A DNA stretch of 52,545 nucleotides from an archaeon (GCA_043810775.1 JBDRNU010000002.1:1-52545); one strand, 5' to 3'; numbered from the stretch's first letter, positions 19,143 to 28,688 are shown. Numbers and translations are program-made. Notes: generated by a model not told the origin, from the sequence alone.

Positions 19143-19237
19143 GTCAAGCTTTAGAAAAGCTTGGCAAAAGGCGAGACTAAAATCTCTGATGAGATTATTA
19201 CCTCACCACATTAACTTCCTGCATAGAGTTAGTTAAT
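19143..19237 (-). repeat. Three-hairpin element family 1, copy A
   Basis: Shares GCGAGACTAA...ATTACCTCACCACATTAACTTCCT..ATAGAGTTAGTTAAT with copy D and related sequence with copy C. Confidence 0.85.
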
Positions 19238-19283
19238 AGTTCATAATAGCTAAATTTATAAATAACTTTTCATATTTTCATTT

Positions 19284-19793
19284 ATGAAAAAAGAGGGAGT
19301 ATTAAAAGTCAAAAGATTATCAAGTACAGCTGAATTGCCCTGCTATGCATTAGATAGTGATTTAGGATTTGACTTAAGAGCTGATGAATCTATAACTTTA
19401 GCCCCTTATGAACAGAAAGAAGTTAAAACTGGTGTAGCAATTCAGATTCCTGATAATCATATTGGATTAATTAGAGACAGGGCAGGAATTGTGACCAAGA
19501 TGGGTGTGCATACGGCTGCTGGAACTTTTGACCCTGGATTTAGAGGAGAAGTTTCTATAGTTTTAATTAATTTTGGCGAGCAGACTATACAAGTTGAAAA
19601 GGGAATGAGAATAGCCCAGATGATTATCATGCCAGTAAGCAAGGTAAAAATTCAGGAAGTTAAAAGCTTGCCTTTAACTGAGAGATATGACAGAGGATTT
19701 TTAAGCACTGGCTTAAACAATGGAGAAAAAGAAAAGAATAAAAACACAAGAATATTTAGGTTTAAGAGAAAAAAGGAGGTGAAAAATGCCTAA
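19284..19793 (+). CDS. dut: dUTP diphosphatase
   Basis: GFDL, RDRAG, AGTFDPGFRGEV, RIAQ, RxDRGFLSTG. Confidence 0.9.
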   Translation: MKKEGVLKVKRLSSTAELPCYALDSDLGFDLRADESITLAPYEQKEVKTGVAIQIPDNHIGLIRDRAGIVTKMGVHTAAGTFDPGFRGEVSIVLINFGEQTIQVEKGMRIAQMIIMPVSKVKIQEVKSLPLTERYDRGFLSTGLNNGEKEKNKNTRIFRFKRKKEVKNA

Positions 19794-20073
19794 AGCAAAA
19801 CCAAAAGCTGCTATAAAAGTCGTTCAGGGAAAAGCAAAGTTAAGCCCAAAAGCATTAGGACTTGCAATTGGAATAATTTGTGCTGCAGTAATGCTACTAG
19901 CTTCTATCTGGAATCAATTTTTTGATTTAACTGGATGGAAATATTTGCTAGCTAGCTTTTACAGAGGATATAGCTTTAGTGTGGGAGGAACCATCTTAGG
20001 AATGATATATGGATTTATTGATGGTTTTATCTTTGGAGCTCTAACTGCGTGGCTTTATAACAAGTTTAACTGA
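19786..20073 (+). CDS. Small 2-TM membrane protein (holin-like annotation family)
   Basis: LGLAIG...Y.GY...G.ILG.IYGFIDGFIFG...AWLYN. Confidence 0.6.
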   Translation: MPKAKPKAAIKVVQGKAKLSPKALGLAIGIICAAVMLLASIWNQFFDLTGWKYLLASFYRGYSFSVGGTILGMIYGFIDGFIFGALTAWLYNKFN

Positions 20074-20097
20074 TATTAAAATAGGAATTTTATTAAA

Positions 20098-20475
20098 ATG
20101 AAAGTAGAAGAAATTATGAATAAGGCTCTAGTTATAGATGAGAATGTAAGTGTAAATGGCGCTGCTAAAATAATGTCTGACCATAGTATTGGGTGCTTGG
20201 TTATAATGAAGGGAGAGAAAGTTATAGGAATTGTTACTGAAAAAGATATTATTAAAAATCTTGGCAAACTAGGACAGAAGATTTCTAAAATTATGAGCAG
20301 GAGTGTTATAAGCATAGACAGAAATGACAGCATAGACAACGCTGCGCTAATCATGTCTAAGAATAAAGTCAAGAAACTGCCAGTTATTCATAAGGGAAGG
20401 CTTGAAGGCATTATCACTGCAACTGATATTATAGCTCACTCTGACCAGCTAAATGACAATTATTTGCTTGACTGA
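20098..20475 (+). CDS. CBS-domain pair protein
   Basis: KVEEIM, IGIVTEKDI, KKLPV, GIITATDI. Confidence 0.9.
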   Translation: MKVEEIMNKALVIDENVSVNGAAKIMSDHSIGCLVIMKGEKVIGIVTEKDIIKNLGKLGQKISKIMSRSVISIDRNDSIDNAALIMSKNKVKKLPVIHKGRLEGIITATDIIAHSDQLNDNYLLD

Positions 20476-20954
20476 GCCTTATTATCAAGATAATCTGCTA
20501 AAACTAATAAAGCACTTATAGGAAATATTCCTGCTTCTCTGCTTGTTATAAATTTGTTAGCTAATTTTTTAGTACCAGTTGAATTACTAATAAGAGTATC
20601 AAGCGTTTTTTTAAGCAAGGGCTTAGAAAAATATCTTTTAATTAAAGTTATATGGCTACATGTAGCTACACAATCCCATCCAAAATCTGGACTGCTTTGG
20701 AGAGATTTATAACTTTCTTCAGATTCAAATCTTTGCATTCTTTCCTGATAATCATCACAGTCACATACTAAAAATGCGCATCCCTCATATGTGTTTGATA
20801 GTGACTCATCCAAAAGTATTATTTTATTATCAACCATAAAAACCGGATAATTGCCATCTTCATTTTTAGAATTAAAGCCTTCTGGCTCAAATGCATACTT
20901 GTGCTTTCCTTTTTCAAACTCAAATTTCTCTTGGAGTATCTGATAGTCATACAT
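20460..20954 (-). CDS. Hypothetical protein with SWIM-like CxC...CxH
   Basis: VCDCDDY...TCSHI. Confidence 0.5.
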   Translation of the reverse strand: MYDYQILQEKFEFEKGKHKYAFEPEGFNSKNEDGNYPVFMVDNKIILLDESLSNTYEGCAFLVCDCDDYQERMQRFESEESYKSLQSSPDFGWDCVATCSHITLIKRYFSKPLLKKTLDTLISNSTGTKKLANKFITSREAGIFPISALLVLADYLDNKAQSSK

Positions 20955-20994
20955 AATAAAAAATATTGCTAAGATATATTTAAAGATTTATATA

Positions 20995-21576
20995 CTAAGA
21001 AGCTTCAATAAAATTTCTTCCGCCTTCTTTTGCCTTGTATAAGGCTTTATCAGCGCGCTGTTTTATCTTAGAGATAGTATCATCTTTTTTATAACATGTT
21101 ACTCCTCCAGAAATTGTTAGTTTATATTTTTTTATTAGCTTATCTCCCTCAACTGCTTTCCTGATTCTTTCTGAAACTTTGTAAGCTTTTTCCAAAGAAG
21201 TATTTGGAAAAATTATTATAAATTCTTCACCTCCAAATCTTGCAGCTATGTCTGCTTTTCTAGTTTGTTTTCTTAGCAGCTTACCCAGATGCTCTAAAAT
21301 TCTGTCTCCAGTAATGTGGCCATAGGTATCATTAAGCTTTTTGAACTTGTCTAGGTCAAGAATTAGCAGTGATAAAGACTGCCCTCTTTTAGCTTTTTCA
21401 AATTCTTGGGAAAAATGAGCTTTAAAATACTGGTAGTTATAGAGCCCTGTTTTTTCGTCTGTTGTGGCTATCTCATAAAGTACATCAATGCTTTTGTCAA
21501 TGTCTTGCAGTAAATCTGATATTTTCTTTCTAACTTCTGGACGAAGTGCTGAGAGTCTATCTCCTTTTTTTTTCAT
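20995..21576 (-). CDS. GGDEF-domain diguanylate cyclase
   Basis: DEKTGLYN, DLDKFKKLNDTYGHITGD, RKAD I-site, RFGGEEF, ADKALYKAKEGGRN. Confidence 0.92.
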   Translation of the reverse strand: MKKKGDRLSALRPEVRKKISDLLQDIDKSIDVLYEIATTDEKTGLYNYQYFKAHFSQEFEKAKRGQSLSLLILDLDKFKKLNDTYGHITGDRILEHLGKLLRKQTRKADIAARFGGEEFIIIFPNTSLEKAYKVSERIRKAVEGDKLIKKYKLTISGGVTCYKKDDTISKIKQRADKALYKAKEGGRNFIEAS

Positions 21577-22343
21577 TTTTCTACATTTGAAGTCCTTATA
21601 TATTCAATATTCAACTGATTTAATAAACTTATTATTTCCTGCCTCTCTTTAGAGTTCATGCCTTTCCAGTCTAAAATTGCTAGCTTTGGCTTTTCAAGAG
21701 TCTTGGAAACTGCCTGAGAAATTATTTCCTTGCTAACAGGAAGTGAATATTCAGGGATTATATGCCCTAGAGCATAGAAAGAGTTTAGCTGAATTTTATT
21801 AAAGCTAGGGGCATAGTGCTTGCCTCCAATTGCAATTGCAGGAATTATTTTTTTATCTGGCTTAAAATTTTTTATGCATTCAGTAATTGTTTCTGCAATA
21901 ACTTTTCCTGCAAGAACATCGCGCCATTGTTCATCAGAACTGCCTATCTCTATGTATACTGTTGGTTTTTCTAAATAGGGACCGTGATGAGTTACTTCTA
22001 AAGAAACCTGGAAGTCCAGTTTTTCTTGAGATGCTTTTTTTTCAAGTGTCTTGAATAAATATTTATTAAATAAAGCTGAGCAAGGCACAAGAACCTCTGG
22101 CTTGCCCCCATAGTCAACTTTATGAAAATTGCCAATTGAGTGAACAGTAAGAGCTTTTCTTTTATCAGCTGACTGGTGCTTGCTAGCAAAAATGAAAAAA
22201 TCTGCATCAATCTGCTTGTCAAGATTTTCTGCGAAAATCTGAACCTTATCAATTAGCTCAACTTTTAATCCTTTTTTCTCAAGCTCTTGAGCAATATTCA
22301 TTCCAGCTGGGTCTGACTTAGATACTATGATTGCGTATTTCAC
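21573..22343 (-). CDS. dtdA: D-aminoacyl-tRNA deacylase (archaeal DTD2)
   Basis: SKHQS, LTVH, EVTHHGP, IEIGS, GGKHYAP, DWKG. Confidence 0.9.
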   Translation of the reverse strand: MKYAIIVSKSDPAGMNIAQELEKKGLKVELIDKVQIFAENLDKQIDADFFIFASKHQSADKRKALTVHSIGNFHKVDYGGKPEVLVPCSALFNKYLFKTLEKKASQEKLDFQVSLEVTHHGPYLEKPTVYIEIGSSDEQWRDVLAGKVIAETITECIKNFKPDKKIIPAIAIGGKHYAPSFNKIQLNSFYALGHIIPEYSLPVSKEIISQAVSKTLEKPKLAILDWKGMNSKERQEIISLLNQLNIEYIRTSNVEK

Positions 22344-22376
22344 AAAGCTTAAAAACAGACTTTGTTTAAATATATT

Positions 22377-22652
22377 ATGATAGAGATGATCAATATAATT
22401 TTGACAATTCTAGTGCTAGTAAGCTCGGTTCCAGCTGGATACTTAATAGCCTGGCTGGCTAGAGATGAGCTTGTAGCAGGAAGAAAGTGGTTTTATTTAA
22501 TAATTATAGCAAGTGTATTAGTTGCTGTATTATATTCTTCAGTAGTAAAGTTTGATGGTGTAATTATTCTTGCTTTAGTTTACCTTAGCATTCTTGCCTT
22601 TATTTCTTTAGTAAAAAGCAGAGATAAGAAGTGGACAAGGAAGAGGATTTAA
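22377..22652 (+). CDS. Small 3-TM membrane protein
   Basis: Hydrophobic helices, ARDELVAGRKWF. Confidence 0.6.
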   Translation: MIEMINIILTILVLVSSVPAGYLIAWLARDELVAGRKWFYLIIIASVLVAVLYSSVVKFDGVIILALVYLSILAFISLVKSRDKKWTRKRI

Positions 22653-22724
22653 AATAACTTAGTAAACGAAAATATATACAAAAAATTTATAAAGAATTCT
22701 GATATAATAATTAATTTCAAAATC

Positions 22725-22916
22725 ACCGAAAGCTTTAAATGATAAACCTTTAGGAGGTTTCCAACTGTCGTGCTTATCAGCACAACTTATTAACTTCCTG
22801 CATTGAGTTAGTTAATGGTTAAGCTTTCTACCGAAAGCTTTAAAATTCAAGCTTGTAAGCTTGGCAACAGCGAGCTTAACAGCTCACTAAAAAAGCTTTC
22901 TACCGAAAGCTTTAAA
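22725..22916. repeat. Three ACCGAAAGCTTTAAA repeats interleaved with family-1 copies B1 (22741-22816) and B2 (22847-22888)
   Basis: Repeats at 22725, 22830, 22902; B1 has ATTAACTTCCTGCATTGAGTTAGTTAAT; B2 has two of the three hairpins. Confidence 0.8.
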
Positions 22917-22960
22917 TAGCATTATTGTCACCAAATAGTAGTAATAAATATGGGGTTAAA

Positions 22961-23419
22961 ATGGAAGATACAATATCTAGAAAGACATTTATAGGACAAG
23001 TAGCAGTTGGAGCTGCAGGCTTATGGGGGATATTCAATGCAATTGGATGTTCAGATAAAGAAGAAATAGCTTTAGAAAAAAAATTAGATAATATAGAATT
23101 CAATGGTTTTGCTGAATTAAATAGTGGAGAGTATGAAGCAATTGATTTTAGTATTCCTACTAAGGGAAAAGTTATGAGAATTGATAAATTAGGAGATGAA
23201 ATCTATACTAAAAGGCATGGAGATAATGGAATTATAATTATTGAGGGGTCTTTTTACTATAAAATTGAACCTGATAGGAGTTTTTCACCTAATTTATACC
23301 ATACTGACAAGTACGGAAAGACTCCTGAAAATCCAGACAATGATTACTGGGGAGATACTAGAACAGGAAAAGTTACTCTTCGCATAAAGCCAAAAAAAGG
23401 AGATAAAAATGATAAATAG
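22961..23419 (+). CDS. Putative Tat-type exported lipoprotein
   Basis: SRKTF twin-Arg-like motif, hydrophobic stretch, AIGC lipobox. Confidence 0.55.
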   Translation: MEDTISRKTFIGQVAVGAAGLWGIFNAIGCSDKEEIALEKKLDNIEFNGFAELNSGEYEAIDFSIPTKGKVMRIDKLGDEIYTKRHGDNGIIIIEGSFYYKIEPDRSFSPNLYHTDKYGKTPENPDNDYWGDTRTGKVTLRIKPKKGDKNDK

Positions 23420-24299
23420 AGATTGCGCAACTAAAAAAGACAGGAAACAACTTGGAAAGAAACTTAGTTTTAAAGAGAATTTAGTGCTTACTGCTTTAGG
23501 GGTTTTAGGGGTGGCTTTGGGTTCTGCTTATTTTTTAAAATGCAGCGAACCTGCAGAAGGATCTATTAATTCCAGAAAACACAATCCAGCTCCAATAGCA
23601 GCTCAAGGAGAAATGAAAAGCCAGGATTATGATGACAGAGAAAAAGCAATGCTAAGATATGTTGAGCTTTCAAAAGCAGCTGATAAAGAAAGAGAAGGGA
23701 AGAATAGCCAGTTAGAAGGAATGGCAAATTCAGAAACCAGCTCCACTAAGGCAATTCAGATTGAACAGCAAAAATTAGAAGCTAAAACTGATGAAAGAAT
23801 AGCAAAAATTCCAAAAGAGCAAAACCCTAAAAAATATTATACAAAAGCAGAATTAAAAGCTATTGCCAGAGAGGTTTATGAAGATATTGGACTTCCGAGA
23901 CACTGGAAGAAAGAGTATTATGATATTCTAGTAAGTATTGAATCAAACTGGAGTGGCAATCCTTTTTTGAAAAGCTCAGCAGGGGCTCTTGGACCGGCCC
24001 AAGTAATGAAAGATACTCATTTGGCAATGATGGGAAAACCTTATGATGGTGACCCAAAAGATAATTTCACTGCTTCAATGCTATATATTTGGGACGCTTA
24101 TAAGTTCAATAGCAAGCGCCCATGGTATAGGCAGCTTGACGATCAGGGAAAATTAGATAATGATCTTGCTTTTTACAATCTTGGACAAACAAAATTCGAG
24201 AAAATAAGATTTGACTATAAAAAAATTAATGAAACAAGGAATTATGTTAAAAAGCATAGGCAATTAAGGAATAAAACCTTTGCAAGGAGTGAAAAATAA
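23409..24299 (+). CDS. Membrane-anchored lytic transglycosylase (SLT domain)
   Basis: IES catalytic motif, SSAGALGPAQVM, LAFYNLG, ETRNYVKK; N-terminal TM. Confidence 0.85.
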   Translation: MINRDCATKKDRKQLGKKLSFKENLVLTALGVLGVALGSAYFLKCSEPAEGSINSRKHNPAPIAAQGEMKSQDYDDREKAMLRYVELSKAADKEREGKNSQLEGMANSETSSTKAIQIEQQKLEAKTDERIAKIPKEQNPKKYYTKAELKAIAREVYEDIGLPRHWKKEYYDILVSIESNWSGNPFLKSSAGALGPAQVMKDTHLAMMGKPYDGDPKDNFTASMLYIWDAYKFNSKRPWYRQLDDQGKLDNDLAFYNLGQTKFEKIRFDYKKINETRNYVKKHRQLRNKTFARSEK

Positions 24300-24300
24300 A

Positions 24301-24489
24301 ATGGCAGAAGAATTAGAAGGAAAATGCATGTGGAAAAATATGGCTGAAAATGACAGGAAGAAAGCTGAAACTGGAGAAGGTTCTGTAACTTTAAGAAACA
24401 AGGATGAAGAATGCTATAAATGCGACGGAACTATAGAGTATGCAAAACGTATAAATTGTAAAGACTATGTTGACTTGAATGATATTTAG
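24301..24489 (+). CDS. Small Cys-rich hypothetical protein
   Basis: C...CYKCDG...C. Confidence 0.5.
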   Translation: MAEELEGKCMWKNMAENDRKKAETGEGSVTLRNKDEECYKCDGTIEYAKRINCKDYVDLNDI

Positions 24490-24529
24490 CTGAAGTAAAA
24501 GTTAAAAAAGCTAGATTCTGTATATTTTT

Positions 24530-25753
24530 ATGCCAAAGACAGTAAAAGATGATTTTCTGAAAAAAACTATTGCAGAAGAGCCAATTAAACTTCCACAAAG
24601 CCCTTTTTGGGAAGTATTTAAGAGATTTGGAAGAGACGAAGCTATTGCCCTAGTAATTAATGTTGCTGGAACTGCAATTATGGCTTTTATATTATTTAGA
24701 TATAATCTAATTAGTAAAAATTTAAGAAATTTAATTCTAGCACTTACTGGACCCATAGTTGAGAAGGTGGGATTTTTCCCCGGACATTTTAAAGAAGCTA
24801 GAGATGTATATAATGAGACTCCTGAAGATGAAAGAGAGAATTTAAATTATTACTTTAAAAAAGCGGTAAAGGGGGGAAGCAAGAGTCTAGCACAAGATAT
24901 AGCTTTCCATGACCCACTTTATATTATTGGCATGTGGGCCGGGCTGAATTTATATCCTGCAACTCCGGCATGGATGATTGCAGCTTTGAGCTTTATTATT
25001 GCAGTGGGAATAGTGGCTTTTATTGAGGTGGCTTGGAAAGAGATAATTTATCTTAACTATAAAAGAGGATTAAAGAAAAAAGGATTTGGAGAGGAAATTT
25101 ACTTTGAGTCCAGGTTTTTTGTCAGCTCAAGAGTTGAACCTAAGAGAGTCATAAATAAAATTGCAAAAGAGTTTGGGCTTGGCACTATTAAGAAAGCCAA
25201 GTATAATGATAATTATATTGACTGCTGTATCCCAGAATATAATGGCAGAAAAGTAAGAATGAGGTTAAGAAAAAGAAATAGAGAAAAAGGGAAGGGATTT
25301 ATTTTGAGAAAAGAAGATGAGATAAAAGGAAGATTTATGCAGACTATTCAGATAGTGTTTACTAAAGCAAGAGAGATGAGTATAAAGGAGCTTGAACAAA
25401 ACAGATACTTTCCTGTTAAGAAAGAAAAATTATATTTCATACTAAAGGAAGGCATGCCTAAAAACTGCGAAGAAATAAGTGACTTGAATATAAGGAAGTG
25501 CGCACTGAAAGCCAAGGGAAAAGATAAAGAGCATAAAATTTACTTTGAAAGAATGGTGGCTTATGATAGAAAGAAAATGCTTGCTTCAATTGATTTAGTG
25601 GCTAGAGGAAAGGAAAAGCCTTTTTATGTTGTTGAGCTAAAAACATATAAGGAAAATATCCCCCTGCTTAAAGAGGCAATGCGATTTGTAATGAGAGAGT
25701 TTCCAGTTGTGCAGATTACGCACGGAAAGTATGACCTTACTAAAAAGAATTAA
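24530..25753 (+). CDS. Membrane protein with C-terminal CYTH/VTC-like domain
   Basis: 3-4 TM helices then YFESRF, DNY, RMRLRKR, FER, VVELK. Confidence 0.55.
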   Translation: MPKTVKDDFLKKTIAEEPIKLPQSPFWEVFKRFGRDEAIALVINVAGTAIMAFILFRYNLISKNLRNLILALTGPIVEKVGFFPGHFKEARDVYNETPEDERENLNYYFKKAVKGGSKSLAQDIAFHDPLYIIGMWAGLNLYPATPAWMIAALSFIIAVGIVAFIEVAWKEIIYLNYKRGLKKKGFGEEIYFESRFFVSSRVEPKRVINKIAKEFGLGTIKKAKYNDNYIDCCIPEYNGRKVRMRLRKRNREKGKGFILRKEDEIKGRFMQTIQIVFTKAREMSIKELEQNRYFPVKKEKLYFILKEGMPKNCEEISDLNIRKCALKAKGKDKEHKIYFERMVAYDRKKMLASIDLVARGKEKPFYVVELKTYKENIPLLKEAMRFVMREFPVVQITHGKYDLTKKN

Positions 25754-25789
25754 GGCAAGATTTATAAATTGATAATTTTGTAGTGTTTT

Positions 25790-26440
25790 ATGATCCAGCT
25801 ATTTAATGAAGACACTTTAGGGCTTGTTGGAAGATTGAGAAGATATAAGGTAGTTAGCTTATTTCTTGAAGCATTAGATTGTCATAATCATGAAACTTTT
25901 GAGCATAGCCTTGCTGTAGGATATCTAGGAGTTGATTTAGGAATAAGCTTGGGATTTAGAGAAGAGAGTTTAAGATTGCTAGGAACTGGGCTTCTTTTGC
26001 ATGATATTGGAAAGCTAAGAATTAATAGAAATATCTTAGATAAGCCTGGAAAACTTAATGAAAGTGAATTGGGAATGATGCACAAACATCCTCTTTATGG
26101 TTATAAAGCATTAGAAGGAGTAGTGCTGAATGGCATAGACATGCTTGATGTGAGAAAATTAGTTATTTCCCACCATGAATACCACAAAGCTCACCCATAT
26201 ATCAGGGATGGAGATGAAAGAAGAAGAAATCATAGAATTGAAAGACCTAGAAGAAATATGAATGGAAGAATTCAGACACTAAAACAAATAGTCTCTGTAT
26301 GTGATTTAGTTGAAGCGTTAGATAGTGAAAGAGTTTACAAGCCAGATTTAGTAAAGCGAGAAGTTGAAGCCATAACAAGAAGAGATTTTACTGGAAATCC
26401 AAAGTATATTGATGCTGTATTAGAAAGAATTTATGACTAG
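25790..26440 (+). CDS. HD-GYP-like phosphohydrolase
   Basis: ETFEHS, LLHDIGK, ILDKPGKL, HPLYG, HHE, VCD..EAL.SERVYK. Confidence 0.85.
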   Translation: MIQLFNEDTLGLVGRLRRYKVVSLFLEALDCHNHETFEHSLAVGYLGVDLGISLGFREESLRLLGTGLLLHDIGKLRINRNILDKPGKLNESELGMMHKHPLYGYKALEGVVLNGIDMLDVRKLVISHHEYHKAHPYIRDGDERRRNHRIERPRRNMNGRIQTLKQIVSVCDLVEALDSERVYKPDLVKREVEAITRRDFTGNPKYIDAVLERIYD

Positions 26441-27234
26441 ACTATCTGCCTGGCTGACAATAAGATTTTTTCAGCTTTTTTTCTTGGAATAGAAGCCTTG
26501 GACATAAGCTCGCCGACTTTTAAACTTGTAATATCTTTCACTAGAAGTATCCCTGTTCTTGATAGTTTTTCCCGTTCAAATCTAGACAAAGCTCGCAAGA
26601 TAGTAATGGGATAGAGATTTTTCTTCATTATTAGAGTCTGAAGATTTTCCTCATGAGGATAGTTCCAAGATGTTATTTTTATTTCCATACAATTACAATA
26701 CTGCTTTGCATGATGGGACATTTTAGTATTAGTTGCTAGCCATGCTCTGTCGAAATGTTTTTTTAAATCAAGAAATCGGGCATAAGTATACATTGCTTCT
26801 TTTATATCTGTATAAATTCCAGGAGAGTTATGATACTTACATTCAATCATATATCTCAACTTATTTACTGCAGAAATATCAACTTCCTGCGTGACGCATT
26901 TTCCCTGCATGACTTTTCCGACTCTTGTTTTATAGCCATGATTTTCCAGGAGTCTGGCAAAGAATCTCTCAAAAAAATAACCATGAGGGCCTAGATTCAT
27001 AATTGCCTGCTTTAAGGTATATCTTTCAGCTACTACTGGATTTTCTTTAAGATAAAATAAGGTTAACTTGAGAATTGCCCGAGTTGACATTCCATTTCTT
27101 ACTTTTTTTCTTACCTTAGATACTACTTCATCTGCAAAACCTGGAGAGGCGCCTGCCCTGATAGCTGTATGGTAAATCTTGTCTGGACTAAATGCTGCTT
27201 TTTCCCCATTAGCTTTTATAATGTAAATTGACAT
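26437..27234 (-). CDS. ATP-cone + Mrr-like PD-(D/E)xK nuclease
   Basis: IIKANGEK..F..DKI (ATP cone); FERF, EVDI, IECKYH. Confidence 0.8.
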   Translation of the reverse strand: MSIYIIKANGEKAAFSPDKIYHTAIRAGASPGFADEVVSKVRKKVRNGMSTRAILKLTLFYLKENPVVAERYTLKQAIMNLGPHGYFFERFFARLLENHGYKTRVGKVMQGKCVTQEVDISAVNKLRYMIECKYHNSPGIYTDIKEAMYTYARFLDLKKHFDRAWLATNTKMSHHAKQYCNCMEIKITSWNYPHEENLQTLIMKKNLYPITILRALSRFEREKLSRTGILLVKDITSLKVGELMSKASIPRKKAEKILLSARQIV

Positions 27235-27243
27235 TTTCTCTTT

Positions 27244-27879
27244 TTATATCCATTTTTTCTTAATTAAAAAATCTTTCACTATATTAAAGACTTGCTCATG
27301 ACCTTGGGAATTCGGATGAACTCCATCAATTAGCAAATTCTTGTAACTAGATTTAAACTTACTAAATAGATTGATAAATTCTATATTTTTTTCCCTGGCA
27401 GCCTGTTCAGCTAGACTGAATATTTTCCCAGAATTTTCATTTTTATATGAACATTCTAATAGCCAGGGAACTGGGTCAACTTTAGATTCATCGCAAGGCA
27501 TGTGAGCTATGTAAGCCACTTTATCTGAATATTTTTTAGCTATTTCAAAAATTTGAAGCATATTTTCCTTGAATTTTTCTAAAGGAACCCGGAGCTTCTT
27601 AGTTTTATTATTATATAGAGAATCATTTGCTCCCACGACAATTAGAATTATCTGGTCTGAGTCAGGCCAGAGCCTTGGCTTAATCTCAGATTCTATTCTT
27701 TTGAGCATACCAGAAGAGTCATCCCCATCAACTGCAAGATTATTGACAATCCAGCCATTATCTAGGCTAGTTTTAATTGCCTTTTTATACAAGAATCTGC
27801 GAAGGCGCTCCACCCACCCTCCTTCTTCATCCCAGGCGCCACACTCTGTGCTTGCGCCGAATACAAATAGCTCTCCCAT
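27244..27879 (-). CDS. SGNH/GDSL hydrolase
   Basis: FGAST, NLAVDG, GAND, DGVHPN. Confidence 0.85.
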   Translation of the reverse strand: MGELFVFGASTECGAWDEEGGWVERLRRFLYKKAIKTSLDNGWIVNNLAVDGDDSSGMLKRIESEIKPRLWPDSDQIILIVVGANDSLYNNKTKKLRVPLEKFKENMLQIFEIAKKYSDKVAYIAHMPCDESKVDPVPWLLECSYKNENSGKIFSLAEQAAREKNIEFINLFSKFKSSYKNLLIDGVHPNSQGHEQVFNIVKDFLIKKKWI

Positions 27880-27901
27880 GATTATTTCTAAGCTTGAAAG
27901 G

Positions 27902-28612
27902 TTATAAATCTTGCTTTTTAAGTGAAAAATCTACTGCTGATTGAACTATAATTTCAATTGTATCAAAAAGCTTTATATCAGTATGAGTTTGATTAATTGC
28001 AAGAGGAATTTCAGTACAGCCCATTACAATTGCTTCTGCTCCTTGTTTAAGATAATCTCTTGCTATATCTTTTAAGACAATAATATCTTCATCTCCTTGA
28101 TGCCCACCCATTACATGTTCTATTACTTTTGTGAGGATTTTTTTCTGCTCTTCATTTGGAGAGATGACTTCAATGCCTGAATTTTCAAATCTTTTTTGGT
28201 AAAGATTCATATTAACAGTGCTTTCAGAAGCAAATAGTCCTACTTTTTTATATCCGGCTGAAAGAACTCTTTTCTTAGTTTCATCAATAATATTGAATAT
28301 AGGAATTTTAACTGCTTTCTGCATTTCTTCATAAAAGTAGTGAACTGTATTGCAAGCTATAATAACTAATTCACAACCAGCTGACTCTAATCTTTTTACC
28401 CCTTCAATTAGTTGTTTTTTTACTAGTTCTTCATCTGCAATTCCTGTTTCGTCGAATCCTTGCATTGGAAGACTGTAAATTATAATTGGAGGATAATCAG
28501 AGTCTTGAATTGCATTATACTTGTTCTGAGAGTATTTGATTATCTTTTGATACAAATTTGCCGAGGCTTCTGGCCCCATACCACCTAATACTCCAATAGT
28601 TTTGTTTGTCAT
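27902..28612 (-). CDS. Aspartate/amino-acid racemase
   Basis: IGVLGGMGPEAS, ACNTVH, MGCTEIP. Confidence 0.9.
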   Translation of the reverse strand: MTNKTIGVLGGMGPEASANLYQKIIKYSQNKYNAIQDSDYPPIIIYSLPMQGFDETGIADEELVKKQLIEGVKRLESAGCELVIIACNTVHYFYEEMQKAVKIPIFNIIDETKKRVLSAGYKKVGLFASESTVNMNLYQKRFENSGIEVISPNEEQKKILTKVIEHVMGGHQGDEDIIVLKDIARDYLKQGAEAIVMGCTEIPLAINQTHTDIKLFDTIEIIVQSAVDFSLKKQDL

Positions 28613-28688
28613 AACTTTGCATTATAAATATAAGTTAAAAGTCTTTCGGTATAGCAAGATTTAAAATATAAAATTTCTATATCTTATT

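Noticed and set aside
18848-20073. Prophage at tRNA-Ser (att-like repeat, dUTPase, holin-like gene)
   Set aside because: The repeats enclose only 120 bp, dut and the holin-like gene lie outside them, and there are no integrase or virion genes
22725-22916. CRISPR array
   Set aside because: Only three short repeats, intervening units are unequal in length and homologous to each other and to a dispersed element, and there are no cas genes
25755-28668. GCAAGATTTA(T)AAAT repeats as a target duplication
   Set aside because: Matches the BRE-TATA consensus seen at many promoters, so convergence explains it
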